A DNA stretch of 64,000 bases from the NCBI GenBank assembly GCA_964651335.1, contig CAZYVT010000012.1, positions 14,318 through 78,317 on the forward strand. The letters are read 5' to 3'. Origin of the DNA: an uncultured Enterobacteriaceae bacterium (GTDB lineage Bacteria; Pseudomonadota; Gammaproteobacteria; Burkholderiales; SG8-39). This document shows, in pieces, positions 26,022-39,395 of this stretch (the stretch's first letter is position 1; every line of letters starts with the position of its first letter). Made by a program: the position numbers and the translations under genes. The notes below the pieces were generated by a model that saw nothing but the letters and a program-made list of their open reading frames with translations, was not told the origin of the DNA and searched no databases.

Positions 26022-26735
26022 CTAGACGTGCACCAGCGTTCCTTCGTCTTCCCCGGCGACGACCCGCTGCAGGGCATTCTTCTTGAAGATGTTGAATACG
26101 TTCACCGGCAGTTTCTGGTCGCGGCACAAGGTGAGCGCGGTCGCGTCCATGACCTTCAGGTTCCGGGCAATCGCTTCGTCAAAGCTCAGGCGGCTGTAGC
26201 GCCTGGCGTCCGGATCCTTGTTCGGGTCCGCCGTATACACTCCGTCCACCTTGGTCGCCTTGATCACGATCTCGGCCCCGACCTCGCTGCCGCGCAGCGC
26301 TGCCGCCGTGTCCGTGGTGAAGAAGGGATTGCCGGTGCCCGCCGCGAAAATGACGATCTTCCCTTCCTCGAGGTAGCGGATCGCTTTCCCGCGGATGTAG
26401 GGCTCGACCACCTGTTCGATGTTGAGCGCCGACTGGACACGCCCGGCGAGCCCCGCCTGGCGCATCGCATCCTGGAGCGCCAGCGCATTCATGACGGTTG
26501 CGAGCATGCCCATGTAGTCGGCAGTCGCCCGGTCCATGCCCGCCGCGCCGGGGGCAACGCCGCGAAAGATATTCCCGCCTCCGATCACCACGCCGATCTC
26601 CACGCCCATGCGTGCAACTAGCGCGATTTCCGCCACGATGCCTTCGATCGTCGCGCGATTGATCCCGTAGGGATCGTCCCCCATCAGGGCCTCGCCCGAG
26701 AGCTTGAGCAGGATGCGCGTGTATTTCGGCTTCAC
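26022..26735 (-). CDS. pyrH: UMP kinase
   Basis: [25 protein letters not shown]. Confidence 0.98.
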   Translation of the reverse strand: MKPKYTRILLKLSGEALMGDDPYGINRATIEGIVAEIALVARMGVEIGVVIGGGNIFRGVAPGAAGMDRATADYMGMLATVMNALALQDAMRQAGLAGRVQSALNIEQVVEPYIRGKAIRYLEEGKIVIFAAGTGNPFFTTDTAAALRGSEVGAEIVIKATKVDGVYTADPNKDPDARRYSRLSFDEAIARNLKVMDATALTLCRDQKLPVNVFNIFKKNALQRVVAGEDEGTLVHV

Positions 26736-27556
26736 GCGGCTTTCTTTTTTTCCATTCCCTCGCTCAGCACCAGGAAGCGGTAGCCGAAAACCATCCCCTT
26801 CCGCGCCGCGAGCATCTTCCCGACCGTCTGCTTGTCGTCCTTGACGAACGGTTGCCCGAGCAGCGTGATCTCGCCAAGGAACTTGTTGAGCCCGCCTTCG
26901 ACCATTTTCTGCGCGATCTCGGCGGGCTTGCCGGATTCCCTGGCTCGCGCCGCGAGGATCTCCCGCTCGCGCGCCATGACATCGGCGGGCACGTCGCCCT
27001 TGGCGAGATATGCCGGCCTGGCGAACGCGATATGCATGGCCACATCCTTCCCCACGTCGTCAGCGCCATCGTAGTCGACCAGGACTCCGATGCGCGCGCC
27101 GTGCAGGTACTGCGCGAGTTTCGCACCCGCTTCCAGGCGCTCAAACCTTCGGATCGATATGTTCTCCTTGATCTTCTGGACCAGGGCCTGGAGCCGGCCA
27201 TCGACACCCTCGAAACGCAGTAGCGCGGCGACATCCGCCGGGTTGCGGGTCGCCACCAGCTCCGCGAGCGATCTGGAAAACGCGACGAGATCTTCATTTT
27301 TCGCCACGAAATCAGTCTCACAATTGACTTCGACCAGCGCCCCCACCTTCGCATCGGGCGAAAGGTACGCGCCGACGACACCCTCTGCGGCGACGCGGCC
27401 AGCCAGTTTCGCCCGCGCACCGCCCTTGATGCGCAGCAGCTCCTCCGCCCTCTTCAGATCGCCGCCGGCCTCGGCAAGTGCGTTCTTGCACTCCATCATT
27501 CCGAGCCCGGTCATTTCGCGCAGTTCCTTCACCAGGCTCGCGCTGATCGCTGCCAT
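26732..27556 (-). CDS. tsf: Elongation factor Ts
   Basis: [31 protein letters not shown]. Confidence 0.97.
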   Translation of the reverse strand: MAAISASLVKELREMTGLGMMECKNALAEAGGDLKRAEELLRIKGGARAKLAGRVAAEGVVGAYLSPDAKVGALVEVNCETDFVAKNEDLVAFSRSLAELVATRNPADVAALLRFEGVDGRLQALVQKIKENISIRRFERLEAGAKLAQYLHGARIGVLVDYDGADDVGKDVAMHIAFARPAYLAKGDVPADVMAREREILAARARESGKPAEIAQKMVEGGLNKFLGEITLLGQPFVKDDKQTVGKMLAARKGMVFGYRFLVLSEGMEKKKAA

Positions 27557-27591
27557 GCTGGTTCGTTCCCCGATTGGTCGTGGCGGGCTTC

Positions 27592-28338
27592 TCAGCCCTC
27601 GCCTTCTGCGTCCACTTCGACAAACTCGTCGCGTGAGGCGGCGACGATCTCCTCGACAGCCTGGGTGCGTCCTTCGAGCACCGAATCGGCGATGCCGCGC
27701 GCATAGAGGCGGATCGCGCGGCTCGAGTCATCGTTTCCGGGGATCACGTAATCGATGCCGTCCGGCGAGTGGTTCGTGTCGACCACTCCGACCACCGGTA
27801 TCGCGAGCTTGCGCGCTTCCGCAATTGCGCCCTTCTGATAGCCGACGTCGACCACAAACAGCGCGTCCGGCAGGCCTGCAAGATCCTTGATGCCACCCAG
27901 TGAGCGCTGCAGCTTCGCGAGCTCGCGCTGGATGCCGAGCGCCTCCTTCTTCGACATGCGCTCGAGCGAACCGTCTTCTGCCATCTGCGCCATGTCCTTG
28001 AGCCGCTTGATCGACTGCTTGACAGTCTTGAAATTGGTGAGCATGCCGCCCAGCCATCGATGATCGACATACGGCATGGCGCAGCGCAGCGCCTCCTCAC
28101 GGATGATCTCGCGCGCCTGGCGCTTGGTGCCGACAAACAGGATCGCGCCCTTGTTCGCGGCGAGCTGGCGTACGAATTTGACCGCCTCCTGGTAAAGCGC
28201 CAGCGTCTTTTCCAGATTGATGATGTGGATTTTGTTGCGATGGCCGAAGATATACGGCGCCATCTTCGGGTTCCAGTACCGCGTCTGGTGGCCGAAATGA
28301 ACGCCGGCCTCCAGCATTTGACGCATCGTCACCGACAT
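27592..28338 (-). CDS. rpsB: 30S ribosomal protein S2
   Basis: [34 protein letters not shown]. Confidence 0.98.
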   Translation of the reverse strand: MSVTMRQMLEAGVHFGHQTRYWNPKMAPYIFGHRNKIHIINLEKTLALYQEAVKFVRQLAANKGAILFVGTKRQAREIIREEALRCAMPYVDHRWLGGMLTNFKTVKQSIKRLKDMAQMAEDGSLERMSKKEALGIQRELAKLQRSLGGIKDLAGLPDALFVVDVGYQKGAIAEARKLAIPVVGVVDTNHSPDGIDYVIPGNDDSSRAIRLYARGIADSVLEGRTQAVEEIVAASRDEFVEVDAEGEG

Positions 28339-28344
28339 GCTCTG

Positions 28345-28485
28345 CTCCTGTGCAGGGTTGATCACTGCCGCACCGGCAAACCGACGATCCCCGATACGAC
28401 CAGGGACACCCTTACCCGCCGGGCGGGAATTTTGGTTCCGGGAAAGTTTCTTCTATTTCATCGAAACCAGCCGGAAATTCTAGCA
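28345..28485 (-). promoter_or_regulatory. rpsB promoter (extended -10 TGcTAGAAT) and probable S2 autoregulatory leader (t44-like)
   Basis: Minus-strand TGCTAGAAT at 28477-28485; GGGTGTCCC...GGGGAT hairpin and AACCC before the SD, resembling proteobacterial rpsB leaders. Confidence 0.45.
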
Positions 28486-28572
28486 TAATCAGCGCTCAAG
28501 GCTTAACGCGGAGCTGTTTCCGCGTTGCCGCGACGGCGTGATTCTCTTATCCTGCGCAGCGTTTCAGCACCC

Positions 28573-29373
28573 ATGGCAGTGACCCTCAAATCGAGCGAAG
28601 ACATCGCAAAAATGCGCGTTGCAGGACGCCTTGCCGGCGAGGTGCTCGACTACATCGCCTCGCACGTGCGGCCCGGCATCACGACGGACAAATTGAACGA
28701 CCTGTGCCACGCCTACATGGTGAACGTGCAGGGAACCACGCCGGCACCTCTCCACTACGCGCCTCCGGGCTACAAACCGTTTCCCAAGTCCATCTGTACG
28801 TCAGTGAACCATCAGGTCTGCCATGGCGTGCCGGGAGATCGCGTGCTCAAGGCGGGCGACATCGTCAATCTCGACATCACGGTGATCAAGGACGGGTTCC
28901 ACGGAGACTGCAGTCGCATGTTCCTGGTCGGACAACCGAGCATCCAGGCGCGCAGGCTGGTCGATGTGACGTACGAGTGCATGTGGCACGGCATCGTGCA
29001 GGCACGGCCCGGTGCGCACCTCGGCGACATCGGTTCCGCGATCCAGTTGTATGCGGAGACGCACGGATACTCGGTAGTGCGTGAATTCTGCGGTCACGGG
29101 ATCGGGCGCAAGTTCCATGAAGAGCCCCAGGTGCTGCACTATGGAAGGGCCGGCACCGGGCTGAAGCTCGAGCCCGGCATGACGTTCACGATCGAGCCGA
29201 TGATCAATGCCGGCAAGGCAGCGATCCGCGAGCTCGCCGACGGCTGGACCATCGTGACCAAGGACCACAGCCTCTCGGCGCAATGGGAGCACACCATTCT
29301 CATCACCGACAACGGCAGCGAAGTGCTCACGCTGTCGGCCGGCGCGCCGCCGCCGCCGGCGTTTGTCACATAG
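28573..29373 (+). CDS. map: Methionine aminopeptidase type I
   Basis: CTSVNHQVCHG, D..SRMF, FCGHGIG..FHEEP, TIEPMIN, SAQWEHT. Confidence 0.97.
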   Translation: MAVTLKSSEDIAKMRVAGRLAGEVLDYIASHVRPGITTDKLNDLCHAYMVNVQGTTPAPLHYAPPGYKPFPKSICTSVNHQVCHGVPGDRVLKAGDIVNLDITVIKDGFHGDCSRMFLVGQPSIQARRLVDVTYECMWHGIVQARPGAHLGDIGSAIQLYAETHGYSVVREFCGHGIGRKFHEEPQVLHYGRAGTGLKLEPGMTFTIEPMINAGKAAIRELADGWTIVTKDHSLSAQWEHTILITDNGSEVLTLSAGAPPPPAFVT

Positions 29374-31954
29374 CAACGCCAGCGCCGGCGTGGACAGGGC
29401 ACCCGCCTCCGAGGAACGCTGGCGCGCATTTCTTCACGGCGGTCGGAGCGCGCTACGCGCGAAGTTCACGAGCATGTCCTCGCCGGGGCGGTTGCTGCGC
29501 GAACATGCGAGGCTCATCGACCGCACCCTGAAGGAAATCTGGCAGGTCGCGGGACCCGCTGCAGAGGCCACACTGGTTGCCACCGGCGGCTATGGCAGGG
29601 GTGAGCTGTTCCCCTGTTCCGACGTCGACTTGCTGGTGCTGCTCGCGAACGAACCCTCGCCCGACGACCAGGAGCGGCTGGAGCGGCTGGTGGGCCTGCT
29701 CTGGGATATCGGCCTGGAGGCCGGACACAGCGTGCGAACCGTTGAAGCATGCCTGGAAGCCGCGCGCGCCGATATCACGATCGAAACGGCGCTGCTCGAG
29801 GCCCGCCATCTCGCCGGCAGCGCGGCGCTCTACCGGCGCCTGCAGGCGGCGATGCGCGGGGCACTCGACCCGATCGCGTTTCTGAAGGCGAAGCGCCTCG
29901 AGCAGGAGCAGCGCCACGCCAAGCACCAGGACACGCCCTACTCGCTCGAGCCAAATCTGAAGGAAGCGCCGGGCGGCCTGCGCGACCTGCAGGTCGTTCG
30001 CTGGATCGCCCGGGCGATCGGAATCGGGCATCGATGGCGCGACCTCGAGCGAAAGGGGCTGATCGTGCACAGCGAGGCGCTGCAGCTTGCGCGCCACGAG
30101 GCGACGCTCCAGAACCTGCGCATCCGGTTGCATTACCTGGCCGGGCGCCGCGAAGACCGTATCGTGTTCGATTACCAGAACGCACTCGCCGAGCAGTGCG
30201 GCATGCGCGGCGGCGCGGTGCGGCGAGCGGGCGAACGGCTGATGCAGCGCTACTACCGAACCGCCAAGGCGGTCACGCAGCTGAACACCATCCTGATGCA
30301 GAATTTCGAGGTACTCGTTGCGCCCGAGCCGGACGCCGCGCCGCGCGCGCTCAATGAACGTTTCCAGGCGCGCGGCGAGCTGCTGGAGGTCACCGACGAA
30401 ACCTTCTTCGATCTCGAACCGCGCGCGATTCTCGAAAGCTTCCTGCTGATGCAGCAGCACCGTGAGCTGCGCGGGATGACGGCGGCGACGTTGCGCGCCC
30501 TGTGGCGCAAACGCGGCCGGGTCGACGCGCGTCTTAGACGCGATCCGGTCGCCCAGCTGCTGTTCCTGAACATGCTGCAGCAGCCGCACGGCGTCGTGCA
30601 CGAGACCCGGCGCATGAACCAGTACGACATCCTGGGACGCTACCTGCCCGAGTTCGGGCGCATCGTCGGCCAGATGCAGCACGATCTGTTCCACGTCTAC
30701 ACCGTGGACCAACACATCCTGATGGTGCTGCGGAACCTGCGGCGTTTCACCATGCCGGAGCTGGCGCACGAGTTCCCGCTTTGCAGCCAGCTGATGAGCG
30801 GCTTCGAGCGCAAATGGCTGCTCTATGTCGCGGCGCTGTACCACGACATCGCCAAGGGGCGGGGCGGCGACCATTCGGCGCTCGGAATGCGTGATGCGCG
30901 CCGCTTCTGCCGGCGCCATGGCTTGTGCCGCGAGGACGAGGATCTGGTTGCCTTTCTGGTGCAACATCATCTGCTGATGTCGCTGGCGGCGCAGAAGCAG
31001 GACGTGCACGACCCCGAGGTGGTGCGCTCGTTCGCCGCAAAGCTCGGCACCGAGCGGCGCCTGACTGCGCTTTACCTTCTGACCGTCGCCGACATCCGCG
31101 GCACAAGCCCGAAGGTGTGGAATGCCTGGAAGGCCAAATTGCTCGAGGATCTCTATCGCGCCACGCGCCGCGCGCTGGCGGGCGAGGCGCTGCAACCGGA
31201 AACTGCGGTCGCAGAACACCAGGCCGAGGCCGCGCGGCTGCTGCGCCTGTACGCACTTTCGGAGCACGTGCAAGACCGCTTCTGGGCGCAGCTGGATACG
31301 ACCTATTTTCTGCGTCACGACGCGCAGGAAATCGCCTGGCAGACGCGCAATCTGCACTTTCGCGTCGAGTCCGCCAGACCCGTCGTCAAGGCACGTCTGG
31401 CGCCGATCGGCGAAGGTCTGCAGGTGATGATCTACATGCCGGATCGCGAGGCGCTGTTTGCGCGCATCTGCGGCTACTTCGAGCGTGCCGGGTTCAATAT
31501 CGTCGAGGCGAAAATTCACACCACCCGGCACCGCTATGCCCTGGATACGTTCCTGGTGATGGGATACGGCCGGGGCGTGCATTACCGCGACCTGATCAGC
31601 CTGATCGAGCAGGGTCTCGCCGAGGAGCTCGAATCGCGGGCGCCGCTTGGCGCGCCGCGCGGCGGTCGGATTTCGCGCCGCGTACGCTACTACCCGATTT
31701 CGCCGGTCGTCGATCTCCGCCCGGACGAGCGCGGCGCCTACCATGTCCTGTCGATCGTCGCCGCCGACCGCCCGGGTCTGCTCTACGGCATGGCGCGGCT
31801 GCTGGCCGGGCACGGGATCAACCTTCATTCGGCGAGGATCAATACGCTCGGCGACCGCGCGGAGGACGTTTTCCTGGTCTCCGGCGAAGCGCTCTCGGAC
31901 CCGAAGACCGTCCTCAAGATCGAACAGGAGCTGCTCGGCGTGCTGCAAGTCTGA
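29363..31954 (+). CDS. glnD: [Protein-PII] uridylyltransferase
   Basis: GGYGRGELFPCSDVDLL, EPNLKEAPGGLRD, HVYTVDQH, HDIAKGRGGDHS, two ACT domains. Confidence 0.97.
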   Translation: MSHSNASAGVDRAPASEERWRAFLHGGRSALRAKFTSMSSPGRLLREHARLIDRTLKEIWQVAGPAAEATLVATGGYGRGELFPCSDVDLLVLLANEPSPDDQERLERLVGLLWDIGLEAGHSVRTVEACLEAARADITIETALLEARHLAGSAALYRRLQAAMRGALDPIAFLKAKRLEQEQRHAKHQDTPYSLEPNLKEAPGGLRDLQVVRWIARAIGIGHRWRDLERKGLIVHSEALQLARHEATLQNLRIRLHYLAGRREDRIVFDYQNALAEQCGMRGGAVRRAGERLMQRYYRTAKAVTQLNTILMQNFEVLVAPEPDAAPRALNERFQARGELLEVTDETFFDLEPRAILESFLLMQQHRELRGMTAATLRALWRKRGRVDARLRRDPVAQLLFLNMLQQPHGVVHETRRMNQYDILGRYLPEFGRIVGQMQHDLFHVYTVDQHILMVLRNLRRFTMPELAHEFPLCSQLMSGFERKWLLYVAALYHDIAKGRGGDHSALGMRDARRFCRRHGLCREDEDLVAFLVQHHLLMSLAAQKQDVHDPEVVRSFAAKLGTERRLTALYLLTVADIRGTSPKVWNAWKAKLLEDLYRATRRALAGEALQPETAVAEHQAEAARLLRLYALSEHVQDRFWAQLDTTYFLRHDAQEIAWQTRNLHFRVESARPVVKARLAPIGEGLQVMIYMPDREALFARICGYFERAGFNIVEAKIHTTRHRYALDTFLVMGYGRGVHYRDLISLIEQGLAEELESRAPLGAPRGGRISRRVRYYPISPVVDLRPDERGAYHVLSIVAADRPGLLYGMARLLAGHGINLHSARINTLGDRAEDVFLVSGEALSDPKTVLKIEQELLGVLQV

Positions 31955-31989
31955 GCCGCGGTCCGGTGTGCGGCCGGCCCCGCGCTCGC

Positions 31990-32523
31990 CTACTCTTCGG
32001 GCGGCAAGTCTTCGCCGGGGAACAGCGCCTCGATGAAACCGAAGCGCGTCATGTCACGAATCCGCATCGGGTAGAGGATCCCGTCCAGGTGATCGCACTC
32101 GTGCTGAACGACGCGCGCATGAAAGGCCTGCACCGTGCACTGGAACGGGATTCCGTGTGCGTCGAACCCGGCGTAGCGGATTCTTGCGTGCCGCGGGACC
32201 CAGCCCCGCATGCCCGGCACCGAGAGGCAGCCCTCCCAGTCCTCCTCGAGGTCCTCCCCGAGCGGCTCGATCACAGGATTGACGAGCACGGTGTCCGGGA
32301 CTTCTTCCACGTGCGGATAGCGCGGATTCGCGTGCACGCCGAAGATCACGACGCGCAATCCGACTCCGATCTGCGGCGCGGCGAGTCCCGCGCCGTTGAG
32401 ATGCGCCATCGTATCGCGCAGGTCGGCGATCAGATCGTGCAGGTCCGGAGTGTCGAAATGTTCGACTGGCCGTGCCCTCTCGAGCAGGCGCGGGTCGCCC
32501 ATCTTCAGGACTTCGCGGATCAC
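31990..32523 (-). CDS. def: Peptide deformylase
   Basis: [24 protein letters not shown]. Confidence 0.96.
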   Translation of the reverse strand: MIREVLKMGDPRLLERARPVEHFDTPDLHDLIADLRDTMAHLNGAGLAAPQIGVGLRVVIFGVHANPRYPHVEEVPDTVLVNPVIEPLGEDLEEDWEGCLSVPGMRGWVPRHARIRYAGFDAHGIPFQCTVQAFHARVVQHECDHLDGILYPMRIRDMTRFGFIEALFPGEDLPPEE

Positions 32524-33257
32524 CCGGCCACCAGGTTCTCGAGGATGTTCAGCACCCGTCCCATCGTCCGCTCCAGAACCGCCTCGATTTCGCGGAGCGA
32601 AATCGCATGCGCGCTGTCGCCGCGGCCCGCGGCGCAATTCGCGACCACGGCGATGGCAGCGTACTCCAGCGCCAGCTCGCGCGCGAGCGCGGCCTCGGGC
32701 ATGCCGGTCATTCCGACCATGTCCGCGCCGTCGCGCTCGAGCCGGACGATCTCTGCTGCGGTTTCGAGGCGCGGCCCCTGTGTCGCCGCATACACTCCGC
32801 CCTGCAGAAGGGCCTCGCCGCATGCCGCCGCCGCGGCCGCGATCCGCGTCCGCAGCATGGCGGAATACGGTTCGGTGAAATCAATGTGCGTGACGGCTGC
32901 CTTCCCCCCCTCGAAAAACGTCGAGCGCCGGCCGCAGGTGAAGTCGATGATCTGGTCAGGCAGCGCCAGGCTCCCTGGACGAAGGTCGCGCCGGATTCCA
33001 CCTACCGAGGCGATCGATACCACGCCTTCGACCTGCTGCTCCTTCAGTGCCCAGAGATTGGCGCGATAGTTGATCTCGTGCGGTGCGATCGTGTGCCCCG
33101 GCCCGTGGCGCGCAAGAAAAACCAGCGGCTGTCCGCGGATGGCGCCGAAGACCAGCGGACCGGAGGGTTCACCGTAGGGGGTTTGTACGACCTTGCGCTG
33201 CGTAATCTCCAGGTTTGCGAGCCGCGACAATCCGCTGCCGCCAATTACCGCCAGCAT
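32520..33257 (-). CDS. mtnP: S-methyl-5'-thioadenosine/thioinosine phosphorylase (MTAP family)
   Basis: [38 protein letters not shown]. Confidence 0.88.
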   Translation of the reverse strand: MLAVIGGSGLSRLANLEITQRKVVQTPYGEPSGPLVFGAIRGQPLVFLARHGPGHTIAPHEINYRANLWALKEQQVEGVVSIASVGGIRRDLRPGSLALPDQIIDFTCGRRSTFFEGGKAAVTHIDFTEPYSAMLRTRIAAAAAACGEALLQGGVYAATQGPRLETAAEIVRLERDGADMVGMTGMPEAALARELALEYAAIAVVANCAAGRGDSAHAISLREIEAVLERTMGRVLNILENLVAG

Positions 33258-33258
33258 G

Positions 33259-33807
33259 TCATGCCCCGCGTATGGCCCGGATCTCCGGCAGGTTGCGCCA
33301 GAAGCCCCGGGCGTCCATTCCGCAGCCGAACACGAACCGGTCCGGAATCCTGAGGCCTACGAAATCGGCTTGGATCGGCTTCGGCCGCGCCAGGGTCTTT
33401 TCCACCAGCACCGCGCATTGAAAGCTCGCGGCACCGAGAGCCAGCAGCTCTTCACGGATCGCAAACATCGTCTGCCCGCCGTCCAGGATGTCATCGAGCA
33501 CTAGCACGGGCCGGCCGCGTACTTCTGACGGCGGCGCGACTCGCCATTCGATTCCGGCTCCCTGTGTCGCCGCGCCGTAGCGCGACACGTGGATGTAGTC
33601 GAAGTCGAGTGGAAATCGCAGCCGCGGCAGCAGCTGGCCGGCGAACACGACCGCGCCGCCCATCACCACCAGAATCAGCGGATAGACATTCGAAAACCGC
33701 TCGCAAAGCTCCTGCGCCAGCCGCGCAAGGGCAGCCTGAACTTGGTCAGCGCTCGCAATCGGATCGGAGTTCTCGAGAAAGCTCCACGCTTCTCTCAGGT
33801 CAGGCAT
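33259..33807 (-). CDS. hpt: Hypoxanthine-guanine phosphoribosyltransferase
   Basis: PRPP loop VLVLDDILDGGQT, FVFGCGMD, WRNLP. Confidence 0.9.
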   Translation of the reverse strand: MPDLREAWSFLENSDPIASADQVQAALARLAQELCERFSNVYPLILVVMGGAVVFAGQLLPRLRFPLDFDYIHVSRYGAATQGAGIEWRVAPPSEVRGRPVLVLDDILDGGQTMFAIREELLALGAASFQCAVLVEKTLARPKPIQADFVGLRIPDRFVFGCGMDARGFWRNLPEIRAIRGA

Positions 33808-33831
33808 TGTTCGAGTATATCGGCGCCGGAA

Positions 33832-34713
33832 TCAGAGTCCGCGCCGCTCCAGGTAGCGGGCGAATTCCGCACCGACCTCCTGATGCCGCAGCCCCAGCTC
33901 GACGGTAGCCTGCAAGTACCCCAGCTTCGAACCGCAGTCGAAGCGCCGGCCATTCAGCCGCATCGCGAGAACCCGTTCCCGCCCGAGCAGCTCCGCGATT
34001 GCATCGGTCAGCTGGATTTCCCCACCGCGGCCGGGTTTCGCGCCGGCAAGCAGTCCGAAGATCGCCGGCGTGAGCACGTAGCGCCCCACCACCGCGAGCG
34101 TCGAAGGCGCCGCTGCAGGATCCGGTTTCTCGACGATGCCGGTGATCGGTGTCAGTTCGGCGCGCGCGTCGGCCGGCACCACGATGCCGTAGCTCGCAGT
34201 CTGTTCGCGCGGCACGTCCTCGACCCCGAGCACCGTGCAGCGCTCGGCGGCAAACAGCTCCGCCATGCGACGCATGACCGGGGGATCGGCAACAATCAGG
34301 TCGTCCGCAAGCAGCACCGCGAACGGTTCGTCGCCGACGATCGGCCGGGCGCAAAGCACTGCGTGGCCGAGCCCGAGCGGCTCGGACTGCCGGATATACA
34401 TGCAGCGGCAGCCCGGCGGCAGCACGCCCTGAACGAGTTCGAGCAGATCGTGTTTGCCCTGCGCCGCAAGTTCACTCTCCAGCTCGTGCACGCTGTCGAA
34501 GTGGTCCTCGATCGCGCGCTTGTTGCGCCCGGTGACGAAGATCATGTCGGTGATGCCCGCCGCGGCCGCCTCCTCCACCGCATATTGGATCAGCGGCTTG
34601 TCCACGATCGGCAGCATCTCCTTGGGACTCGCCTTGGTCGCCGGCAGGAACCGGCTGCCGAGGCCGGCGACGGGGAAGACCGCTTTGGTGACTCTTTTTG
34701 AGTTCCTGACCAT
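33832..34713 (-). CDS. galU: UTP--glucose-1-phosphate uridylyltransferase
   Basis: [44 protein letters not shown]. Confidence 0.97.
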   Translation of the reverse strand: MVRNSKRVTKAVFPVAGLGSRFLPATKASPKEMLPIVDKPLIQYAVEEAAAAGITDMIFVTGRNKRAIEDHFDSVHELESELAAQGKHDLLELVQGVLPPGCRCMYIRQSEPLGLGHAVLCARPIVGDEPFAVLLADDLIVADPPVMRRMAELFAAERCTVLGVEDVPREQTASYGIVVPADARAELTPITGIVEKPDPAAAPSTLAVVGRYVLTPAIFGLLAGAKPGRGGEIQLTDAIAELLGRERVLAMRLNGRRFDCGSKLGYLQATVELGLRHQEVGAEFARYLERRGL

Positions 34714-34749
34714 TGCAACTAGCTCTCAAGCGCCCAAACAAATTGTGAA

Positions 34750-34782
34750 GTCGTAGCGGTCGACTGAAGCGCTGTGTTGAGC
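34750..34782 (-). repeat. attC-like left half-site downstream of the WYL gene
   Basis: Minus-strand GCTCAAC (RYYYAAC) then acagcgcttcagtcgaccgc, starting 13 nt after the stop at 34796; no clean right arm. Confidence 0.35.
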
Positions 34783-34795
34783 ATGACCGTTCGCA

Positions 34796-35475
34796 TTATT
34801 CCAAATCCGGCAGCCTTACAACAAACTTGACCGAGATGTCCTCACCCTCGTCTGGTCGTCGCTCGGGCTTCTTCACGTGTGGATCGTGCGCAAACTCAGC
34901 TTCAATGCGCTTCACCCAACCCTGGTCAAGAGGTTTGCGACCGCTCCCTCGTGCGATGAGTAACGCATAGTACGGCATCGCCCCAGCAGAGCAGGTGGAA
35001 TGTTGCGAAGGAGTTCGATGTATTCCGCAATCTCTCCGTGCCGGTATGCGTATATGTCCCCGCACCAAAGCTTGTAGACCCATGCACTAACTTCGTCTTT
35101 GGAATAGGACGTCACGTCAGCGACTTCTTGGACGAACTGCACAACGCGATCACGCTCACGTTGGCGAAACCCACGCGTCGTCAATGTGAAGAACTTAAGC
35201 GCCTTAACAGCCGGTAGAACGCGCCATGTCATTGATTCAAGCGATTCACGATTGTCCGCTGTTCGCCCATTGGCAATGAGCGTCCATGGATTGACCACCT
35301 CACCCGTTTCCGGGTCAACGGCTTGCACTATGCGGTCAATCTTGAAAGTGCGGCGTGCTTGGCGAAGATGGCAGAATGCATCGATCGTTGTCGCGCTCTC
35401 GGGACGAACGTCGGAGATCCGGCGCTGCTCCGTCGTCCCGTTGCTATCTCGGTACTTGATCAACAGTTCAGCCAT
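34796..35475 (-). pseudogene. WYL-domain protein with helical (possibly TerB-like) C-terminus, split by a 1-nt frameshift near 34970-34990
   Basis: N-terminal IKYRDSNGTTEQRRI...AFCHLRQARRTFKIDRI is a WYL signature; the span is 680 nt (226 codons + 2), and one added base joins ...LLGRCR to (D)YALLIARGSGRKP... Confidence 0.7.
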
Positions 35476-35508
35476 TGCGCCGACTCATCTGGAATACCCA
35501 ACGATTGA

Positions 35509-35553
35509 GACTAACGGTCGCGGAAGGCCGTCCGCCGCAACGAAGGGTTTGAA
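35509..35553 (-). repeat. Degenerate/truncated attC-like site between the exonuclease and WYL genes
   Basis: Minus strand TTCAAAC-ccttcgttgcggcggacggccttccgcgacc-GTTAGTC, starting 18 nt after the exonuclease stop. Confidence 0.5.
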
Positions 35554-35571
35554 GTCATTCGAGGACAAGGT

Positions 35572-36840
35572 TCACAGACGAACGCCAATAGTCTTCCAAA
35601 AAACGGATTCGTGCATGATTCGCACTCCATACTGCCGGGCCTTCTTGGCTTTTCCGGACTCGGAGTGCGGGTCGGCCAATACAAGTAGATCGCACTTTTT
35701 GGTGACAGAGTCCACCACAACCAGACCGGCTTTGGTGGCAAGTTCTTCTGCCAACTCACGAGAAATCAAATGACCGGCATGCTGGCACTGTAGCTCGCCC
35801 GTGAAACAAACACGCATCCCTAACAGGCTCGCCTCAACTGCCGGAGCTGGAGCCGGACCGCGGTATGTCTCGGACAACTTTGCGGCGGCTTCGCTAAGTA
35901 TTTCGTCCAAGTCGCGTTTCGCTTGGCCAAGCAGCCGTGCGACGAGTTTCAGATCGCGTCGTTCCGCATCCGTGACGCTTCCATCGGCAACGGCAGCGAT
36001 GATGAGTTGGTTCAGGTAGTCGCGATGCGCATGCTCTATTTGGTCTCTGCTTAAGCCCCATCTTGCAGCCATTTCCACCAGTGCATCGGCTTCGGAGTCG
36101 TCCACATGACGATCTTCCAAGGCCCGATCAAGCAGCGCCCCGTAAGAAATAACTGCGCCGTCGGTGGCGTCCGGCAAAGCGTGGTCACGCCTTCGTCCGA
36201 GAAGACGTTGTATGAAAGTGGGCAGTTCTGTTTGGCGACGGCGGGACTCATCGCGCGTGACTGGTTGCTTCCCAATTGTGGGAACAGTCGGCCATTGAAT
36301 TGGCGTGAGCTGGCGAAGCTTCTGAACCGTGCGAGGTTGGTCAGACAGAAGGCAGGTCAGTAGCCGAGCAGCGGCACGAGCATCGGCGAGGGCGTGATGG
36401 GCTTCGCCTTCTGGTGAGAACCCATGGTCACGACAACAGTCCGCCAGGTTCCCGCCTCCCGCCAGCTGCATTGTGCAAATACTGAAACAATCAGGTAACT
36501 GGTACCCCAGTCGTGAGAATTCGCTCTCCAAGAACTGGCGGTCGAAGCGAACGTTGTGAGCGGCTATGGCCACGGTACCGCTCAGCACGTTCAATACCAG
36601 TGCTCCGATCTCTGCAAACTGGGGCGCGTGGAGAACATCCTCTGAGGTCAAACCGTGGATGCTGCTCGGCCCAATGTCCCGCGCTGGGTTCACCAGCGAT
36701 TCGAACTCGCGTTCAATACGCCCGTCGGCGCCCACAATAACGGCAGCCACTTCGACCACACGATCATGACGAAACGGGAATAACCCCGTGGTCTCCACAT
36801 CGATCACGGCTATGGGACCAGCGCTCAAGGAAAGTGTCAT
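35572..36840 (-). CDS. DEDDh 3'-5' exonuclease (DnaQ-like) with TerB-like helical repeats and a C-terminal BRCT domain
   Basis: ExoI VIDVETTG, ExoII AHNVRFD, ExoIII HHALADA; LEDRHVDDSEADAL and VADGSVTDAERRDL repeats; BRCT VCFTG...VTKKCDLLV...SGKAKKARQYG. Confidence 0.85.
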   Translation of the reverse strand: MTLSLSAGPIAVIDVETTGLFPFRHDRVVEVAAVIVGADGRIEREFESLVNPARDIGPSSIHGLTSEDVLHAPQFAEIGALVLNVLSGTVAIAAHNVRFDRQFLESEFSRLGYQLPDCFSICTMQLAGGGNLADCCRDHGFSPEGEAHHALADARAAARLLTCLLSDQPRTVQKLRQLTPIQWPTVPTIGKQPVTRDESRRRQTELPTFIQRLLGRRRDHALPDATDGAVISYGALLDRALEDRHVDDSEADALVEMAARWGLSRDQIEHAHRDYLNQLIIAAVADGSVTDAERRDLKLVARLLGQAKRDLDEILSEAAAKLSETYRGPAPAPAVEASLLGMRVCFTGELQCQHAGHLISRELAEELATKAGLVVVDSVTKKCDLLVLADPHSESGKAKKARQYGVRIMHESVFWKTIGVRL

Positions 36841-36995
36841 CGGTATAGCGACCTGACTCGGTTTCTCGTAGCCAATCAGGCTGTGTGTTGGGATTCCATT
36901 CTAAGCGCTTCCTGCAGTACCCGAACCGGCGTCTTGTTGCCAAGCGAGCTGCACGGTCGGCGCTGGCTGTAGAACTGGCGCTACCAAAAAACAGC

Positions 36996-39395
<2,400 letters not shown>

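Noticed and set aside
36841-36995. Possible third attC site between ligA and the exonuclease
   Set aside because: No convincing RYYYAAC...GTTRRRY pair or palindrome could be built by eye
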